NCBI GenBank assembly: GCA_038087875.1
Contig: JAXLNO010000350.1
Coordinates: forward strand, 1-64,000
Length of the DNA: 64,000 nt
Source of the DNA: Malacoraja senta
Lineage: Eukaryota
Direction: 5' to 3'
The notes beneath the pieces are model-generated. The model did no database searches. It was not told where the DNA came from and saw nothing but the letters and a program-made list of their open reading frames with translations. A program made the position numbers and the translations under genes. Positions 1-12,367 of this stretch are shown here, in pieces. The first letter of the stretch is position 1. Every line of letters starts with the position of its first letter.

Positions 1-463
1 CATCGGTGAGACCAAGCGGAGGCTTGGCGATCGTTTCGCCGAACACCTCCGGTCGGTCCGCAATAACTAACTTGACCTCCCGGTGGCTCAGCACTTCAAC
101 TCCCCCTCCCATTCCGTATCTGACCTCTCTGTCCTGGGTCTCCTCCATGGCCACAGCGAGCAACACCGTAAATTGGAGGAAATGCACCTCATATTCCGCT
201 TGGGCAGTCTACATCCTGGGGGCTTGAACATTGAATTCTCCCAATTCTGCTAGCCCTTGCTGTCCCCTCCCCTTCATCAGCCCTCTGGTTGTCTCCTCCC
301 CTCCCCCAGCCCTCGGGCTCCTCCTCCGCCTGTTTCCTTTTTTACTTTCTTCTCCCCACCCCGTATCAGTCTGAAGAAGGGTTTCGGCCTGAAACGTTGC
401 CTGTTTCCTTCGCTCCATAGATGCTGCTGCACCCGCTGAGTTTCTCCAGCATTTTTGTCTACC
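1..463 (+). mobile_element. Penelope-like element 3' end (GIY-YIG C-terminus and pLTR with hammerhead-like core)
   Basis: Frame reads IGETKRRLGDRFAEHLRSV...FNSPSH...LNIEFSQFC*; near-identical to 54160-54621; CTGAAGA...GAAACGTT at 371-398. Confidence 0.9.
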
Positions 464-769
464 TTCCTCTTCTTATTGATATGGTCTCCCTTTATCAACT
501 TTCTACAACACAATCATAGAAATATAATGGTTCAGAAACAGGTGACGGGGGGAAGGATTATCATCTAGACTTATCACTTTCAATCTCCTTTCCTCTTCTC
601 TTTTGTTTCTCTTTTCTTTCTTTCTTCTCCTCTTTTTCTCGGGCTATTTTGCTATCTCACGCAACACTTCATCTCAATCTTTCCTTTCGTAATCTTTCAT
701 TTCTTATTTTGGCTTCATTATTAAATTAAAAATAAGATGTTGTATATGAAATGTAATAGGTCGAACAGT

Positions 770-938
770 ATAGGAGCAGGGAGGTTCTACTGCAGTTGTA
801 CAGGGTCTTGGTGAGACCACACCTGGAGTATTTAGTACAGTTTTGGTCTTCTAATCTGAGGAAGGACATTCTTGCCATAGAGGGAGTGCAGAGAAGGTTC
901 ACCAGACTGATTCCTGGGATGGCAGGACTTTCATATGA
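770..938 (+). mobile_element. CR1 LINE ORF2 fragment
   Basis: YRSREVLLQLYRVLVRPHLEY...RRFTRLIPGMAGL, matching the CR1 at 19320-19490. Confidence 0.85.
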
Positions 939-1787
939 AACATAGAAACATAGATACATAGACAATAGGTGCAGGAGTAGACCATTCGGCCCTTCGAGCC
1001 TGCACCGCCATTCAATATGATCATGGCTGATCATCCAACTCAGTAGAGATTAGAGATTAGAGATTCCTTTATTTGTCATTCAGACCTTTCGGTCTGAACG
1101 AAATTTCGTTGCCTGCAGTCATACATATAATAATAAATGACAAAACACACAATAAACACAAATTAACATCCACCACAGTGAGTTCACCAGGTACCTCCTC
1201 ACTGTGATGGAGGCAAAAGTCTTAAAGTCTCTGTCTCTTCCCGCTTTGTTCTCCCTCTGCGCTGAGGCGATCCAGGCTTCTGATGCTGTGACCCCGCCGG
1301 GCGACGGTAAGCCAGTCCCGCGGCCGAATCCGTGCTCCACGACGGGCCGGCTCAAACTCCGCGGCCCAGGGTGGTCGAAGCTGCCGAAGCTGCCGCCCTC
1401 CAGTCCAGCGGACGCAGCTGTAGTTGCGGGAGCCCCAGAAAAACAGGTCACCAACCTGTGACCTGCGCGCTCCCGACGATGTCGTCCACTGGGCCCGCGG
1501 CCGAGCCTCCGGATTCAGGTCGCCACCAGTGTCCTCGGTCGCCACCGCACGTATCCTGTACCTGCCTTCTCTCCAATACCCCCTGATCCCTTTAGCCACA
1601 AGGGCCACATCTAACTCCCTCTTAAATATAGCCAATGAACTGGCCTCGACTACATTCTGTGGCAGAGAGTTCCAGAGATTCACCACTCTCTGTGTGAAAA
1701 ATGTTTTTTCTCATCTCGGTCTTAAAGGATTTCCCCCTTATCCTTAAGCTGTGACCCCTTGTCCTGGACTTCCCCAACATCGGGAAC
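937..1787 (-). mobile_element. CR1 3' end split by the insertion at 1046-1550
   Basis: (CATAGAAA)n tail at 937-965; 3'UTR stops at ...CTCAGTA and resumes GTATCCTGTACC at 1551. Confidence 0.8.
1046..1550 (-). mobile_element. Non-autonomous GC-rich retroelement with Rex/Babar-like 3' tail
   Basis: Minus strand ends ...GAATGACAAATAAAGG then short tandem tail (AATCTCT)n; 3-bp GTA duplication; related to 2003-2700. Confidence 0.6.
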
Positions 1788-2746
1788 GGCCGCTCGTCGG
1801 TACTCGGGGCTCTTGTGGACATTTTTTCATCGCGTTGAAAAATCTTCACGAGTCTTCCCGTGCTTACCTGCCGTCAGCGAGTCTTCCCGAGTACCTGCCG
1901 TTGGCGCTATGAGACATCCCCGCGCTCCGACGTACCCGCGACGTTCATTCTCCGTGCTTACCACGAGTTCGTTTTTTATTAAAAACTCGGGAGAGCTCTG
2001 AGATAGATTCGATTCGATTCTATTACTTGTCATTTGAACCTCAGAGAGGCTGAAACGAAACTCCGTTTCCACAGCCACACAACAGAACGATTCCTACACG
2101 ACACAGAAACAATTCAATTTACAGAAAACATCCATCACAGTGAATCTCCTCCTCACTGTGATGGAAGGCAAAGTCTTGTCTCTCCCCTGCACCATTTCTC
2201 TCCCGATGTTGAAGCCCCAGGCGGGCAATGGTAAGTCCCGCGGCCATTAAAGCCGCGCCGGGTAATGTCTGGCCCCGCTCCGGGTCGTTCCAACGCCCGC
2301 GACTCGGGCGGGAGAAGTCGCGTTGCGGGAGCTCCGGAAAGCGGTCTCCCACCCGGACCCGCGAGCTCCCGATGTCACAGTCCACCGGTCTGCAGCTGCA
2401 GCTGGAGCTCCGGAGTCAGGCCGCAGCAGCGAGCCACCACCGCTCCCCCACGCTCCGAGGCCAGCCAGCCCCACGATGGTGAGTCAGCAGCTCCGCAGGC
2501 TCCGCGACTGGAGCCCCCAGGTCGTCCCGGTTGGAGGCCGCTCCACGGAGCTAGGCCCCAACGACAACGGAGACCCGACAGGGAAAAGGTCGGGTCTCCC
2601 ATGCAGGGAAGAGATTTTTAAAGTTTCCCCCTCCCCCCCCCGCCCCCCACATATACACAATTAAAACAGTACAAAAAACCCCACAAACAACTACATTTAA
2701 CTAGGAATAAACTTGGAATAAACTCGTACAGTGGGACAGGGCTTTA
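1788..2746. mobile_element. Partial Harbinger-like MITE (one end, GTGGGACAGGGCTTTA) interrupted by 2003-2700
   Basis: Terminus matches the TIR of the MITE at 9717-10288; it truncates the Gypsy RNase H frame. Confidence 0.5.
2003..2700 (-). mobile_element. Non-autonomous GC-rich retroelement, Rex/Babar-like tail
   Basis: (GATTC)n tail at 2006-2020; CATCCATCACAGTGA...CCTCACTGTGATGGA hairpin shared with 1165-1212 and 27555-27595. Confidence 0.55.
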
Positions 2747-2974
2747 AGCGCGCTGGGGAGGCGTGAATCGGTTCGTTAAAGATGCTGATGAGAGGTTGGT
2801 GGTCAGTTTCAACCGTGACTGTGTGTCCAAAGGTAAACTCGTGATATTTCTTACAGGCGAAAACATCCGCTAACAGCTGTTTCTCAATTTTGGCCTCCCA
2901 TTGTTCTGTGTCAGTCATGGTGCGTGAGGCATTGGCAACAGGATTATTGCCGTTGTCATCATTTTGAAGACATG

Positions 2975-3690
2975 CTTGTTCATCAGTCTATGAAAGTAAG
3001 CATGCAGGTACAGCAGGCAGTGAAGAAAGCCAATGGCATGTTGGCCTTTATAACAAGAGGAGATGAGTATAGGAGCAAAGAGGTCCTTCTGCAGTTGTAC
3101 AGGGCCCTGGTGAGACCACACCTGGAGTATCGTGTGCCGTTTTGGTCCCCTAATTTGAGGAAGGACATTCTTGCTATTGAGGGAGTGCAACGTAGGTTCA
3201 CCAGGTTAATTCCCGGGATGGCGGGACTGTCATATGCTGAGAGAATGGAGCGGCTGGGCTTGTACACTCTGGAGTTTAGAAGGATGAGAGGATATCTCAT
3301 TGAAACATATAAGATTGTTAAGGGCTTGGACATGCTAGAGGCAGGAAACATGTTCCCGATGTTGGGGGAGTCCAGAACCAGGGGCCACACACAGTTTAAG
3401 AATAAGGGGTGGGCCATTTAGAACGGAGACGAGGAAACACTTTTTCTCACAGAGAGTTGTGAGTCTGTGGAATTCTCTGCCTCAGAGGGCGGTGGAGGCC
3501 GGCTCTCTGGATACTTTCAAGAGAGAGCTAGATAGGGCTCTTAAAGATAGCGGAGTCAGGGGATATGAGGAGAAGGCAGGAACGGGGTACTGATTGGGGA
3601 TGATCAGCCATGATCACATTGAATGGTAGTGCTGGCTCGAAGGGCCAAATGGTCTACTCCTGCACCCATGGTCTATTGTCTATTGTCTAT
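2975..3690 (+). mobile_element. 5'-truncated CR1 inserted in Gypsy pol
   Basis: ORF2 C-terminus, 3'UTR, (TCTATTG)n tail; ATGC(T) duplicated at both ends. Confidence 0.9.
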
Positions 3691-4099
3691 GCTGTGTCTA
3701 GTCCGTGTTGTGATGTGTCACAAGTCAGTGTGACCGGAAGTTTAGGATCAAAGTAAGCCAGAGTAGGAGCAGTGGACTTCTGCTGCTTCAGAGCGTCGAA
3801 CGCCTTCTGCTGTTGCTCGTGCCTGGTCCAAGCAGTGTCTTTGTGTGTAAGTTGGCGCAACGGGGCTGATATTTCGCTGAAACCCGGAATGAATTTGCTC
3901 AAATAGTTTTACCATGCCAAGGAATCTCTGCAAACTTGGCACGTCTGTGGGTGCTGGGAGCTCGTGGATAGCCCTGGTTTTCGCAGGATCAGTTTATAGG
4001 CCGTCTTTGGTCAACAAATGGCCGATGTGTTTCACTTTATTTACCCTGAATTTGCATTTTTGAGGGTTTAGCTTGAGGTTGATGGCCCTGGGGGGGGGA

Positions 4100-7000
4100 C
4101 GTGAATACGGAGGTCAAAGTGTTGTATAAGAATGCGCGGAGTACAAGCAATAAAGTGGACGAGCTTGAGGCTCGGTTAGAAACTGGCAAGTATGATGTTG
4201 TGGGAATTACTGAGACGTGGCTGCAAGAGGGCCAGGGCTGGGGGCTGAATATCCAAGGGTGTACCTCCTATCGAAAAGACAGACAGGTGGGCAGAGGGGG
4301 TGGGGGTAGCTCTGTTGGTGAGGAATGAAATTCAGTCCCTTGCGAGGGGTGACATTGAAACAGGAGATGTGGAGTCTGTATGGATAGAACTAAGGAATTG
4401 TAAGGGTAAAAAGACACTAATGGGACTGATCTACAGGCCCCCCAAACAGTAGCCTGGATATAGGGTACAAGTTGAATCAGGAGTTAAAATTGGCATGTCG
4501 TAAAGGTAATGCTGTGGTTGTTATGGGAGATTTCAACATGCAGGTAGACTGGGAAAATCAGGTTGGTACTGGACCCCAAGAAAGGGACTTTGTAGAGTGC
4601 CTCCGTGATGGATTCTTAGAGCAGCTTGTATTGAAGCCTACCAGGGAGAAGGCAATTCTGGATTTAGTGTTATGTAATGAACCGGATTTGATAAAGGAAC
4701 TTGAGATTAAGGAGCCATTAGGAGGAAGTGACCACAACATGGTCAGGTTTAATCTACAATTGGAGAGGGAGAAGAGTAGATCGGAGGTGTCACTGTTGCA
4801 GTTGAATAAAGGGGACTATGGGGCCATGAGGGAGGAGCTGGCCAAAGTTGACTGGAAAGATACACTAGCAGGGATGACAATGGAACAAAAATGGCAGGTA
4901 TTTCTGGGAATAATACAGAAGGTGCAGGATCAGTTCATTCCTAGGAGGAAGAAAGATTCCAAGGGGAGAAAGGGACAACCATGGCTGACAAGGGACATCA
5001 GGGACAGTATAAAAATTAAAGCGAAGAAGTACAACGTAGCAAAGATGAGCGGGAAGCCAGAGGATTGGGTAATGTTTAAAGAGCAACAGAAGATAACCAG
5101 AAAGACAATACGGGGAGAAAAGATGAGGTACGAAGGTAGCTAGCCAAGAATATAAAGCAGGATAGTAAAAGCTTCTTTAGGTATGTGAAGAGGAAAAAAT
5201 TAGTTAAGACCAAAGTTGGACCTTTGAAGACTGAAAAAGGGGAATTTATTATGGGGAACAAGGAAATGGCAGATGAGTTGAACAGGTACTTTGGACCTGT
5301 CTTCACTAAGGAGGACACAAACAATCTTCCTGATATAGTAGTGGCCAGAGGATCTGGGGTGACGGAGGAACTGAAGGAAATCCACATTAGACAGGTAATG
5401 GTGTTGGGTAGACTGATGGGACTGAAGGCTGATAAATCCCCAGGGCCTGATGGTCTGCATCCCAGGGTACTTAAGGAAGTGGCTCTAGAAATCGTGGATG
5501 CATTGGTGATCATTTTCCAATGTTCTATAGACTCAGGATCAGTTCCTGTGGATTGGAGGGTAGCTAATGTTATCCCACTTTTTAAGAAAGGCGGGAGAGA
5601 GAAAACAGGGAATTATAGACCAGTTAGCCTGACATCGGTGGTGGGGAAGATGCTGCAGTCAATTATAAAAGATGAGATAGCCGCACATTTGGATAGCAGT
5701 AACAGGATCGGTCCGTGTCAGCATGGAATTACGAAGGGGAAATCGTGCTTGAGTAATCTGCTGGAATTTTTTGAAGATGTAACTAGGAAAATGGACAAGG
5801 GAGAGCCGGTGGATGTAGTGTACCTGGACTTTCAGAAAGCATTTGATAAGGTCCCACATAGGAGATTAGTGGACAAAATTAGGGCACATGGTGTTGGGGG
5901 TAGAGTGCTGACATGGATAGAGAAGTGGTTGGCAGACAGGAAACAAAGAGTAGGGATTAACGGGTCCCTTTCAGAATGGCAGGCAGTGACTAGTGGGGTA
6001 CCGCAAGGCTCAGTGCTGGGACCGCAGCTATTTACAATATACATCAATGATTTGGATGAAGGGATTCAAAGTAACATTAGCAAATTTGCAGATGACACAA
6101 AGCTGGGTGGCAGTGTGAACTGTGAGGGGATGCTATGAGAATGCAGGGTGACTTGGACAGGTTGGGGGAGTGGGCAGATGCATGGCAGATGAAGTTTAAT
6201 GCGGATAAATGTGAGGTTATCCACTTTGGTAGCAAAAACAGGAAGGCAGATTACTATCTAAATGGCTTCAAGTTGGGAAAAGGGGAAGTACAACGGGATC
6301 TGGGTGTCCTTGTACATCAGTCTATGAAAGTAAGCATGCAGGTACAGCAGGCAGTGAAGAAAGCCAATGGCATGTTGGCCTTTATAACAAGAGTCGAGTA
6401 TAGGCGCAAAGAGGTCCTTCTGCAGTTGTACAGGGCTCTGGTGAGACCACACCTGGAGTATTGTGTGCAGTTTTGGTCCCCTAATTTGAGGAAGGACATT
6501 CTTGCTATTGAGGGAGTGCAGCGTAGGTTTACCAGGTTAATTCCCGGGATGGCAGGACTGTGGTGTGGGGACACCGTCCAGTTGGGCATGGCTGCCCAGC
6601 CTGCAGCTGTCTGTCTTTTCACTTCTTTCTTTTATTTTCAGTGTGTTAAAAAGTGTTTTGTTTGGAGGTCTATTCTTTTTTATGTGGGGGGTGTGAGGGG
6701 GTGTGAGGGGGGGGGAAAGGGGGAAACTGCTCTTCCTGGTCCCTATCTGGTCGGAGAGGCTGATTTTCTCCGGGCTGCATCTTCGACCCGTCCTCGCGGC
6801 CTACCATCGGGGTCTGGAGCGGCGTTTCCTGAGGGGACCGGCCAGAACCACGGCTTCGGAGGCGGCGCAGCGCTGGAGCGCTATCGCGGGCGATGCTTTG
6901 CCCGGGTCGCCTCGCTGGAGCTCCGGAACGCTGAGACCGCAGGTGAACATCGCGGAGCTGGGGGTCCGCAGGGCGGCGGCGCTGAACTTTAACATCGGGA

Positions 7001-7856
7001 GCCTGGGATCTCTCGCCGAGATCGCCAGTGGTGGAGCTCCATCCAGCGCGGCCTGTCGGCTTCGGGAGCCGCGGTCTCCGGTAAGGAAGCGGCCGTTCCA
7101 GGTGTCCCAAGCCGCTGAGAGGGTTCTCCCGACGCCGGAGCACCATCACCCGGCGAAGAACGGCCTGTAACATCGGCCCCCGTAGCGGCGACTGCGGAGG
7201 CCTCAATAGGCCCGAATATGGGTGGACATGGGGATGGGACTGGACTTTGTGCCTTCCCTCACAGTGGGAACCATTGTGGGGCGATGTTTTTATGTTTATT
7301 GCTAAATTCTTAAATGTTGAGTCTTATCTTTATCCGTGTGCTGCATTGGCAAGTCAAATTTCACTTCACCAATTGGTGTATGTGGTAATAAGGTCCTTTG
7401 TATCCTTTGTCGTATGCTGAGAGAATGGAGCGGCTGGGCTTGTACACTCTGGAGTTTAGAAGGATGAGAGGCGTTCTTATTGAAACATATAAGATTATTA
7501 AGGGTTTGGACACGCTAGAGGCAGGAAACATGTTCCCGATGTTGGGGGAGTCCAGAACCAGGGGCCACACAGTTTAAGAATAAGGGGTCGGCCATTTAGA
7601 ACTGAGACGAGGAAACACTTTTTCTCACAGAGAGTGGTGAGTCTGTGGAATTCTCTGCCTCAGAGGGCGGTGGAGGCCGGTTCTCTGGATACTTTCAAGA
7701 GAGAGCTAGATAGGGCTCTTAAAGATAGTGGAGTCAGGGGATATGGGGAGAAGGCAGGAACGGGGTACTGATTGGGGATGATCAGCCGTGATCACATTGA
7801 ATGGCGGTGCTGGCTCGAAGGGCCGAATGGCCTACTCCTGCACCTATTGTCTATTG
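4100..7856 (+). mobile_element. CR1 LINE with nearly complete, frameshifted ORF2 (APE + RT), interrupted at 6561-7410
   Basis: [58 protein letters not shown]1 3'UTR and tail. Confidence 0.95.
6561..7410 (+). mobile_element. Non-autonomous GC-rich retroelement inserted in CR1
   Basis: Splits GGACTGT/CGTATGCTGAG; ends AATAAGG plus TCCTTTG(TA) repeats; TGT duplicated. Confidence 0.7.
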
Positions 7857-7985
7857 TTCCAAGACCTTCGTGAGATTGGCATTGTGTTCTTCAATCGTTC
7901 GTCCCGCAATGAGGATTGCATCCACTACGATGGAGCATGGGTAGCCTGCAAACAACTGCTCCATAACTTGGTGAAATACTTCACT

Positions 7986-9024
7986 TAGCAATGTTATAAA
8001 ATTTTGAGATTTTAAAAATCAAGTCTGCAATTTATCCCATCAGATAAAGCATAAAAAGAAGTTTAATTTGACAACTAATTCACTTTCATATCTTCAGTAT
8101 TAAAAAAGTTATGGCCATTTTCATACTCGGAAATTAGCATCTTGTTCCCTATTGCTTTTCCATTGACTAAACTCAAAAGCTGTGATCAAGGACAGTCAAA
8201 AGCCCATAACTTTCCTAAAAATTAAGAGAACTGAATGACATTTTCAGTTATAGATTGAAGCATTCTGAAACAAATATGAAACAATCTTACTTGGATGACC
8301 TGAAATTAAAGCATATAATTAGTTAGTTACCTAATTGTAGCTAATTACAAAATTCAATTACTAGATCTAAACATCTATCCATTTCTTAAGAAAAGGTTAA
8401 CATTTTTAAATATCCTAAGTGTCCAAATAACATTCACACAAGAATTCACAATATAACATGATTTTAAAATCTCATTGTCATGAATTTATAAGCCAAATGG
8501 AAGGAATTTAATGTTTAATTCCCGTAAATTAATGGCCATTTAAATCATCTTGCGAGTGGGGTTTTATGGAACGCGATCGATTGAAACGTTGCGGTTGCGG
8601 TGAATTTGAACCCCATATCGGCAGGAAAAACACTGCCGGTTCGTATGGGGCCAAAATCACATTTTCGCCAATTAAATTTGGATTAAAGTCATCCTAAGAA
8701 GCAACTTTATATGTAAAATAGACGACTTACATTATGTTTTGTCCCCTACTTGAGTTCCGTCCCGTTGTAGGCGTTGAGGGAGTTAGAAGTAGCTTTTTAT
8801 TTTACTCCAGCGAATAAATTGTCCAGCGATTTTTTTTTTAAACTTCTGAGAACGGAAGTCCGGTCGATTGTTCTGCAGCAGCTGGCAGCCCGAGGAAGTT
8901 CGCCTCCGACAGGCAGGAGAAAACGGCATTTTAATCCCGCCCCCCCCTCAAAGGCGCCAAAGTCGCGCGCACGGCCAGTGGCAGAACTGCAGCGCCGCTG
9001 AAGGTAGGCATTGTAACATCGCTA
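7986..9024. mobile_element. Non-autonomous TIR DNA transposon, superfamily unassigned
   Basis: TIR TAGCAATGTTATAA / TTGTAACATCGCTA; CTTCACT duplicated; removing it restores the Gypsy RT frame SASEV-FHQ; longer relative at 55291-56400. Confidence 0.8.
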
Positions 9025-9716
9025 CTTCACTAGCAGAACTTATTCCAAAAGGCATGCAAAGGAATCTGTAACGCCCGAACGGCGTGCTGAAAGTGGTTGA
9101 CTTGGAGGAGTTGTGTTCCAGTGAAATCTGCCAGAATGAACTCTTGGCATCTATCACCGTGAATACAGTTGCCTCAGCCATCTGCGCAGCAATCTCACCC
9201 ACAGTGCGCATGGGATAGTGGGGTCGTTTAAGTAGGCAGTCAGGGTCTCGAATAGATTCAGCTGGAGCGATCTGGACAACATCCTGGCCAAGTCTAGCCG
9301 GTTCATCGTGAAATCTTCTGGCACGGCGAGCAGCTTCTGTGCCTGCCAGATTAAGAAGAATTGACGCTCGAACATCAGGATCAGCAGTACGGCGAGCCGC
9401 CTCAATGTAGATTGAGAAATCCTCCTCAAATATACGCCACCGTTCTGCAAGAACCTCATCAAATACCAGGATCTCTGGTTTTCTGAGAGCAGAAGCCATT
9501 GCAATACAGTTGAAAAAAACAATAAACTGAAATAAAAGCAATACAATTAAGCAAGGAGTGAGTTTGTATACTGTGACACCATGTTGTGATTCGGCTGGTT
9601 AAATAACTGAAGTCTCACGCCGTGATAAAGATCCAGAGAGTTTATTAATGTTACAGCGTCGGTAACTTCATACTAGAACGTTACGCTATAAGTGTGGGAA
9701 CAAGGCAGGGAGGCTA

Positions 9717-10288
9717 ATGGCCCTGTCCCACGGGCAGGCGGTTACTGGCGGTGAAGCGCGGCGTCCCCGGAAGCGGGGACCACGCGGCTACCGCGGCAGC
9801 GCCGCGCGTAGGCCGCAGGAGCGCCGCACGGTTGCGTCCCACGAGCATGCGGCAAGTTCAACCTTACCGGAAGCTGTTGCCGCGCGTATGCTGGGTGATC
9901 ACCGCACGGCCTGTCCCACGGGCCGACTGCGAATGGACGTCGCGCGGCGTCGGGTGATGACGTCATCGCGCAACGCAACGCACTATGCGATGACGTCGAG
10001 ACGGCTCGCGGTGCTCGTGGCGTACAGGCGGTGCTCGTGGCGTACAGGCGGTGCTCGTGGCGTACAGGCGGTGCTCGCGGCGAAGAGGAGGTGGCTGGGC
10101 GGCAGGCCGACATTTTTGGACCGTGTCAGTTTTTCTGAGCACCGCGCGGTGTCGGGACCAACTACATACGGTTCCGGCGATCTGCGTGGGACCGACCCCG
10201 CGGGCCATGCGCGGTCCCCTGGCGGTCACAACTTCCTGCTACACCGCCAGTAACCGCCATTAACCGCCTGCCCGTGGGACAGGGGCAT
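9717..10288. mobile_element. PIF/Harbinger-like MITE inserted in the Gypsy LTR
   Basis: ~28-bp TIR ATGGCCCTGTCCCACGGGCAGGCGGTTA, flanked by TA; internal 20-bp tandem repeat at ~10008-10078. Confidence 0.75.
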
Positions 10289-10354
10289 TACTGTTAAGCT
10301 AGTGGGCTTAGCTACAAAGTATGACATAACATGAGTGACACTGATCTACAGGCG

Positions 10355-11340
10355 GAGAGCGAGATCCCACCGTTCGGAGTTGAGGGGGAACAGCCGGGTA
10401 ATGGGAAGTTAAAATGGTTGGGAACCGGGAGATCCAGCAGGCCTTGGCGGACCGAGCGCAAGTGTAGGGTGAAATGCACGCCTAGTCTAGACACAAGGAA
10501 CAGCAGATGCTGGTTTACAAAAAGAGACACAATCTCCTGGAGTAACTTGTACCTCTGGAGAGCATGGACAGGCAACATTCTAGATCAGGACCCTTCTTCA
10601 GACTGCTTGGTGTGGTGGGGGGGGGGGGAGGTAGAGAAAGTTGGAAAGGAGAGGTGGGAGTGGTCGCCTTAGATTCCCTTCCCTCTACACCTGCGGCCTG
10701 ACCCACTGAGTTCCTCCACCACTTTAGAGGGAATGGACAGACAATGTTTTGAGTCAGGACCCTTCTTCAGACTGATTGGAGAGGGTGGGGGGAGGAAGCT
10801 GGAAAAGAGAGATGGGGGCTGGACAAAGCCGGGCAAGTGATAGGTGACACAAAATGCTGGAGTAACTCAGCGGGACATGCAGCATCTCTAGAGAGAAGGA
10901 ATGGGTGATGTTTCAGGTTGAGACCCTTCTTCAAAAGTGATAGGTGGATATAGGTGAGGGAGACAAAAGAAACTGCAGATGCTGGATTCTTGCATAGAAC
11001 ACAATTTAATTAGATGAACAGAATCTCTTGTCCATTGTGGGGGAAATCGAGGACCAGAGGACATGGGTTCAAGGTGAAGGGGAAAAGATTTAATAGGAAT
11101 CTGAGGGGTAACATTTTCAAAAAAAGGGTGGTGGGTGTATGGAACAAGTTGCCAGAGGAGGTTGTTGAGGCTGTGACTATCCCAACGTTTAAGAAACAGA
11201 CAGACAGGTACATGGATAGGACAGGTTTGGAGGAATATGGACCAAACGCGGGCAGATGGGACTAGTGTAGCTGGGACATGTTGGTTGATGTGGGCAAGTT
11301 GGGCCAAAGGGCCTGTTTCCACATTATATCACTCTATGAC
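10355..11340. repeat. 3' block of ZNF module 1: decayed Penelope pieces with degenerate hammerhead cores plus a CR1 3' end
   Basis: Near-identical to 28115-29024 (direct) and 48540-49525 (inverted). Confidence 0.8.
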
Positions 11341-11341
11341 T

Positions 11342-12367
11342 CTAACACGAATTGCTGGAGTAACTCGGCGGGTCAGGCAGGATCTCTGGAGGAAAGGAAT
11401 GGATGACGTTACGGGTCGAGACTGAAGAAGGGTCTCGAACGGAAACGTTACCCATTCCTTCCAGCATTTTGTGTCTACCTAAACAGCGCCTATCCACGTG
11501 GCGTTGTGCCAGCAGGCTGGAGGAGCGGGCAAAGTCCTTGCCACAGAGTGGGCAGGTGAAGGGGCGCTGGCCGGTGTGAATCCGCCGGTGCTCCAGCAGG
11601 TGGTCAAGGCAGGTGAAGCCCTTACCACAGAGCGGGCAGGTGAAGGGGCACTGGCCGGTGTAGATCTGCCGGTGCTCCAGTAGGTGGTCAAGGCAGGTGA
11701 AGCCGTTACCACAGGACGGGCAGGGGAATGGACGCTCACCGCTGTGGGTACGCCGGTGCTGCCACAGGCTGGACATGCCGGTGAAACCCTTGCCACATTC
11801 AACGCACACAAAGGGTCTCTCTCTGATGTGTACCCACTGGTGCAACCGCAGCCCCCATGCTCTCTTGTCACAGTGGGAGCAGCTGCTCCCCACACATGGG
11901 CTGGGGACGGGACGGTCGCCGGCGTGCACCCGCTGGTGGGACAGCAGCCTGGAGGAGAGGGTGAAGCGCTTGCCGCACTGGGCGCAGGTGTAGGGGCGCT
12001 CACCGGTGTGGGTGCGCTGGTGCTGCAGCAGGTTGTTGGACTTGGTGAAGCCTTTGCCGCAGTTGGAGCAGGTGAAGGGCCGCTCACTGCTGTGCACCCG
12101 CTGGTGGTCCCACAGCCCCGACAACTGGGTAAAGCTCTTGCCGCATGTGCAGCAGCCATAGGGCTTCTCGTCCCTGTGCACTTGCCGGTGGGCCTTCAGG
12201 GCACTCGCCGTCTTGAAACTCTTGTCGCACTCTGAGCAGTTGAAGGGGCGTTCTCCCATGTGCACCCGCCCGTGGGTCTCCAGCTGGCTCGGGCTCTGCC
12301 AGGCCTTGCCACACACGTCGCACTCATAACGCTTCTCCTTGTTGTGCCCCGTCATGTGGTCCTCCAT
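11342..12367 (-). CDS. C2H2 zinc-finger protein, paralog 1 (finger-only, ~7 canonical plus several degenerate fingers)
   Basis: 341-aa ORF with CxxC-x12-HxxxH repeats and TGERP linkers; polypyrimidine-CAG acceptor at 12505-12530; C-terminus runs into a repeat. Confidence 0.8.
   Translation of the reverse strand: MEDHMTGHNKEKRYECDVCGKAWQSPSQLETHGRVHMGERPFNCSECDKSFKTASALKAHRQVHRDEKPYGCCTCGKSFTQLSGLWDHQRVHSSERPFTCSNCGKGFTKSNNLLQHQRTHTGERPYTCAQCGKRFTLSSRLLSHQRVHAGDRPVPSPCVGSSCSHCDKRAWGLRLHQWVHIRERPFVCVECGKGFTGMSSLWQHRRTHSGERPFPCPSCGNGFTCLDHLLEHRQIYTGQCPFTCPLCGKGFTCLDHLLEHRRIHTGQRPFTCPLCGKDFARSSSLLAQRHVDRRCLGRHKMLEGMGNVSVRDPSSVSTRNVIHSFPPEILPDPPSYSSNSC

Larger units (their letters stand above)
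2747..10331 (-). mobile_element. Fragmented Ty3/Gypsy LTR retrotransposon: 5' LTR 9582-10331, PBS 9570-9581, gag N-terminus fused by deletion to RT; RT/RNase H pieces at 9025-9230, 7858-7985, 3691-4090, 2747-2975
   Basis: IDAKSSFWQI...TTFSTPFGRYRFLCMPFGISSASEV, continuing FHQVMEQLF...VDAILI, LQRFLGMV, LTCDTSQHG and ETDHQPL across insertions; LTR TGTTATG...CACAACA with AATAAA; PBS TGGTGTCACAGT resembles a tRNA-Leu 3' complement. Confidence 0.88.

Noticed and set aside
464..745. Possible L1 3'UTR (T-rich, AT-rich end)
   Set aside because: Composition only; no coding motif or TSD identified
6135..7206. Novel protein from the 285-aa ORF and overlapping GC-rich ORFs
   Set aside because: CR1 frame running into a GC-rich non-coding insertion
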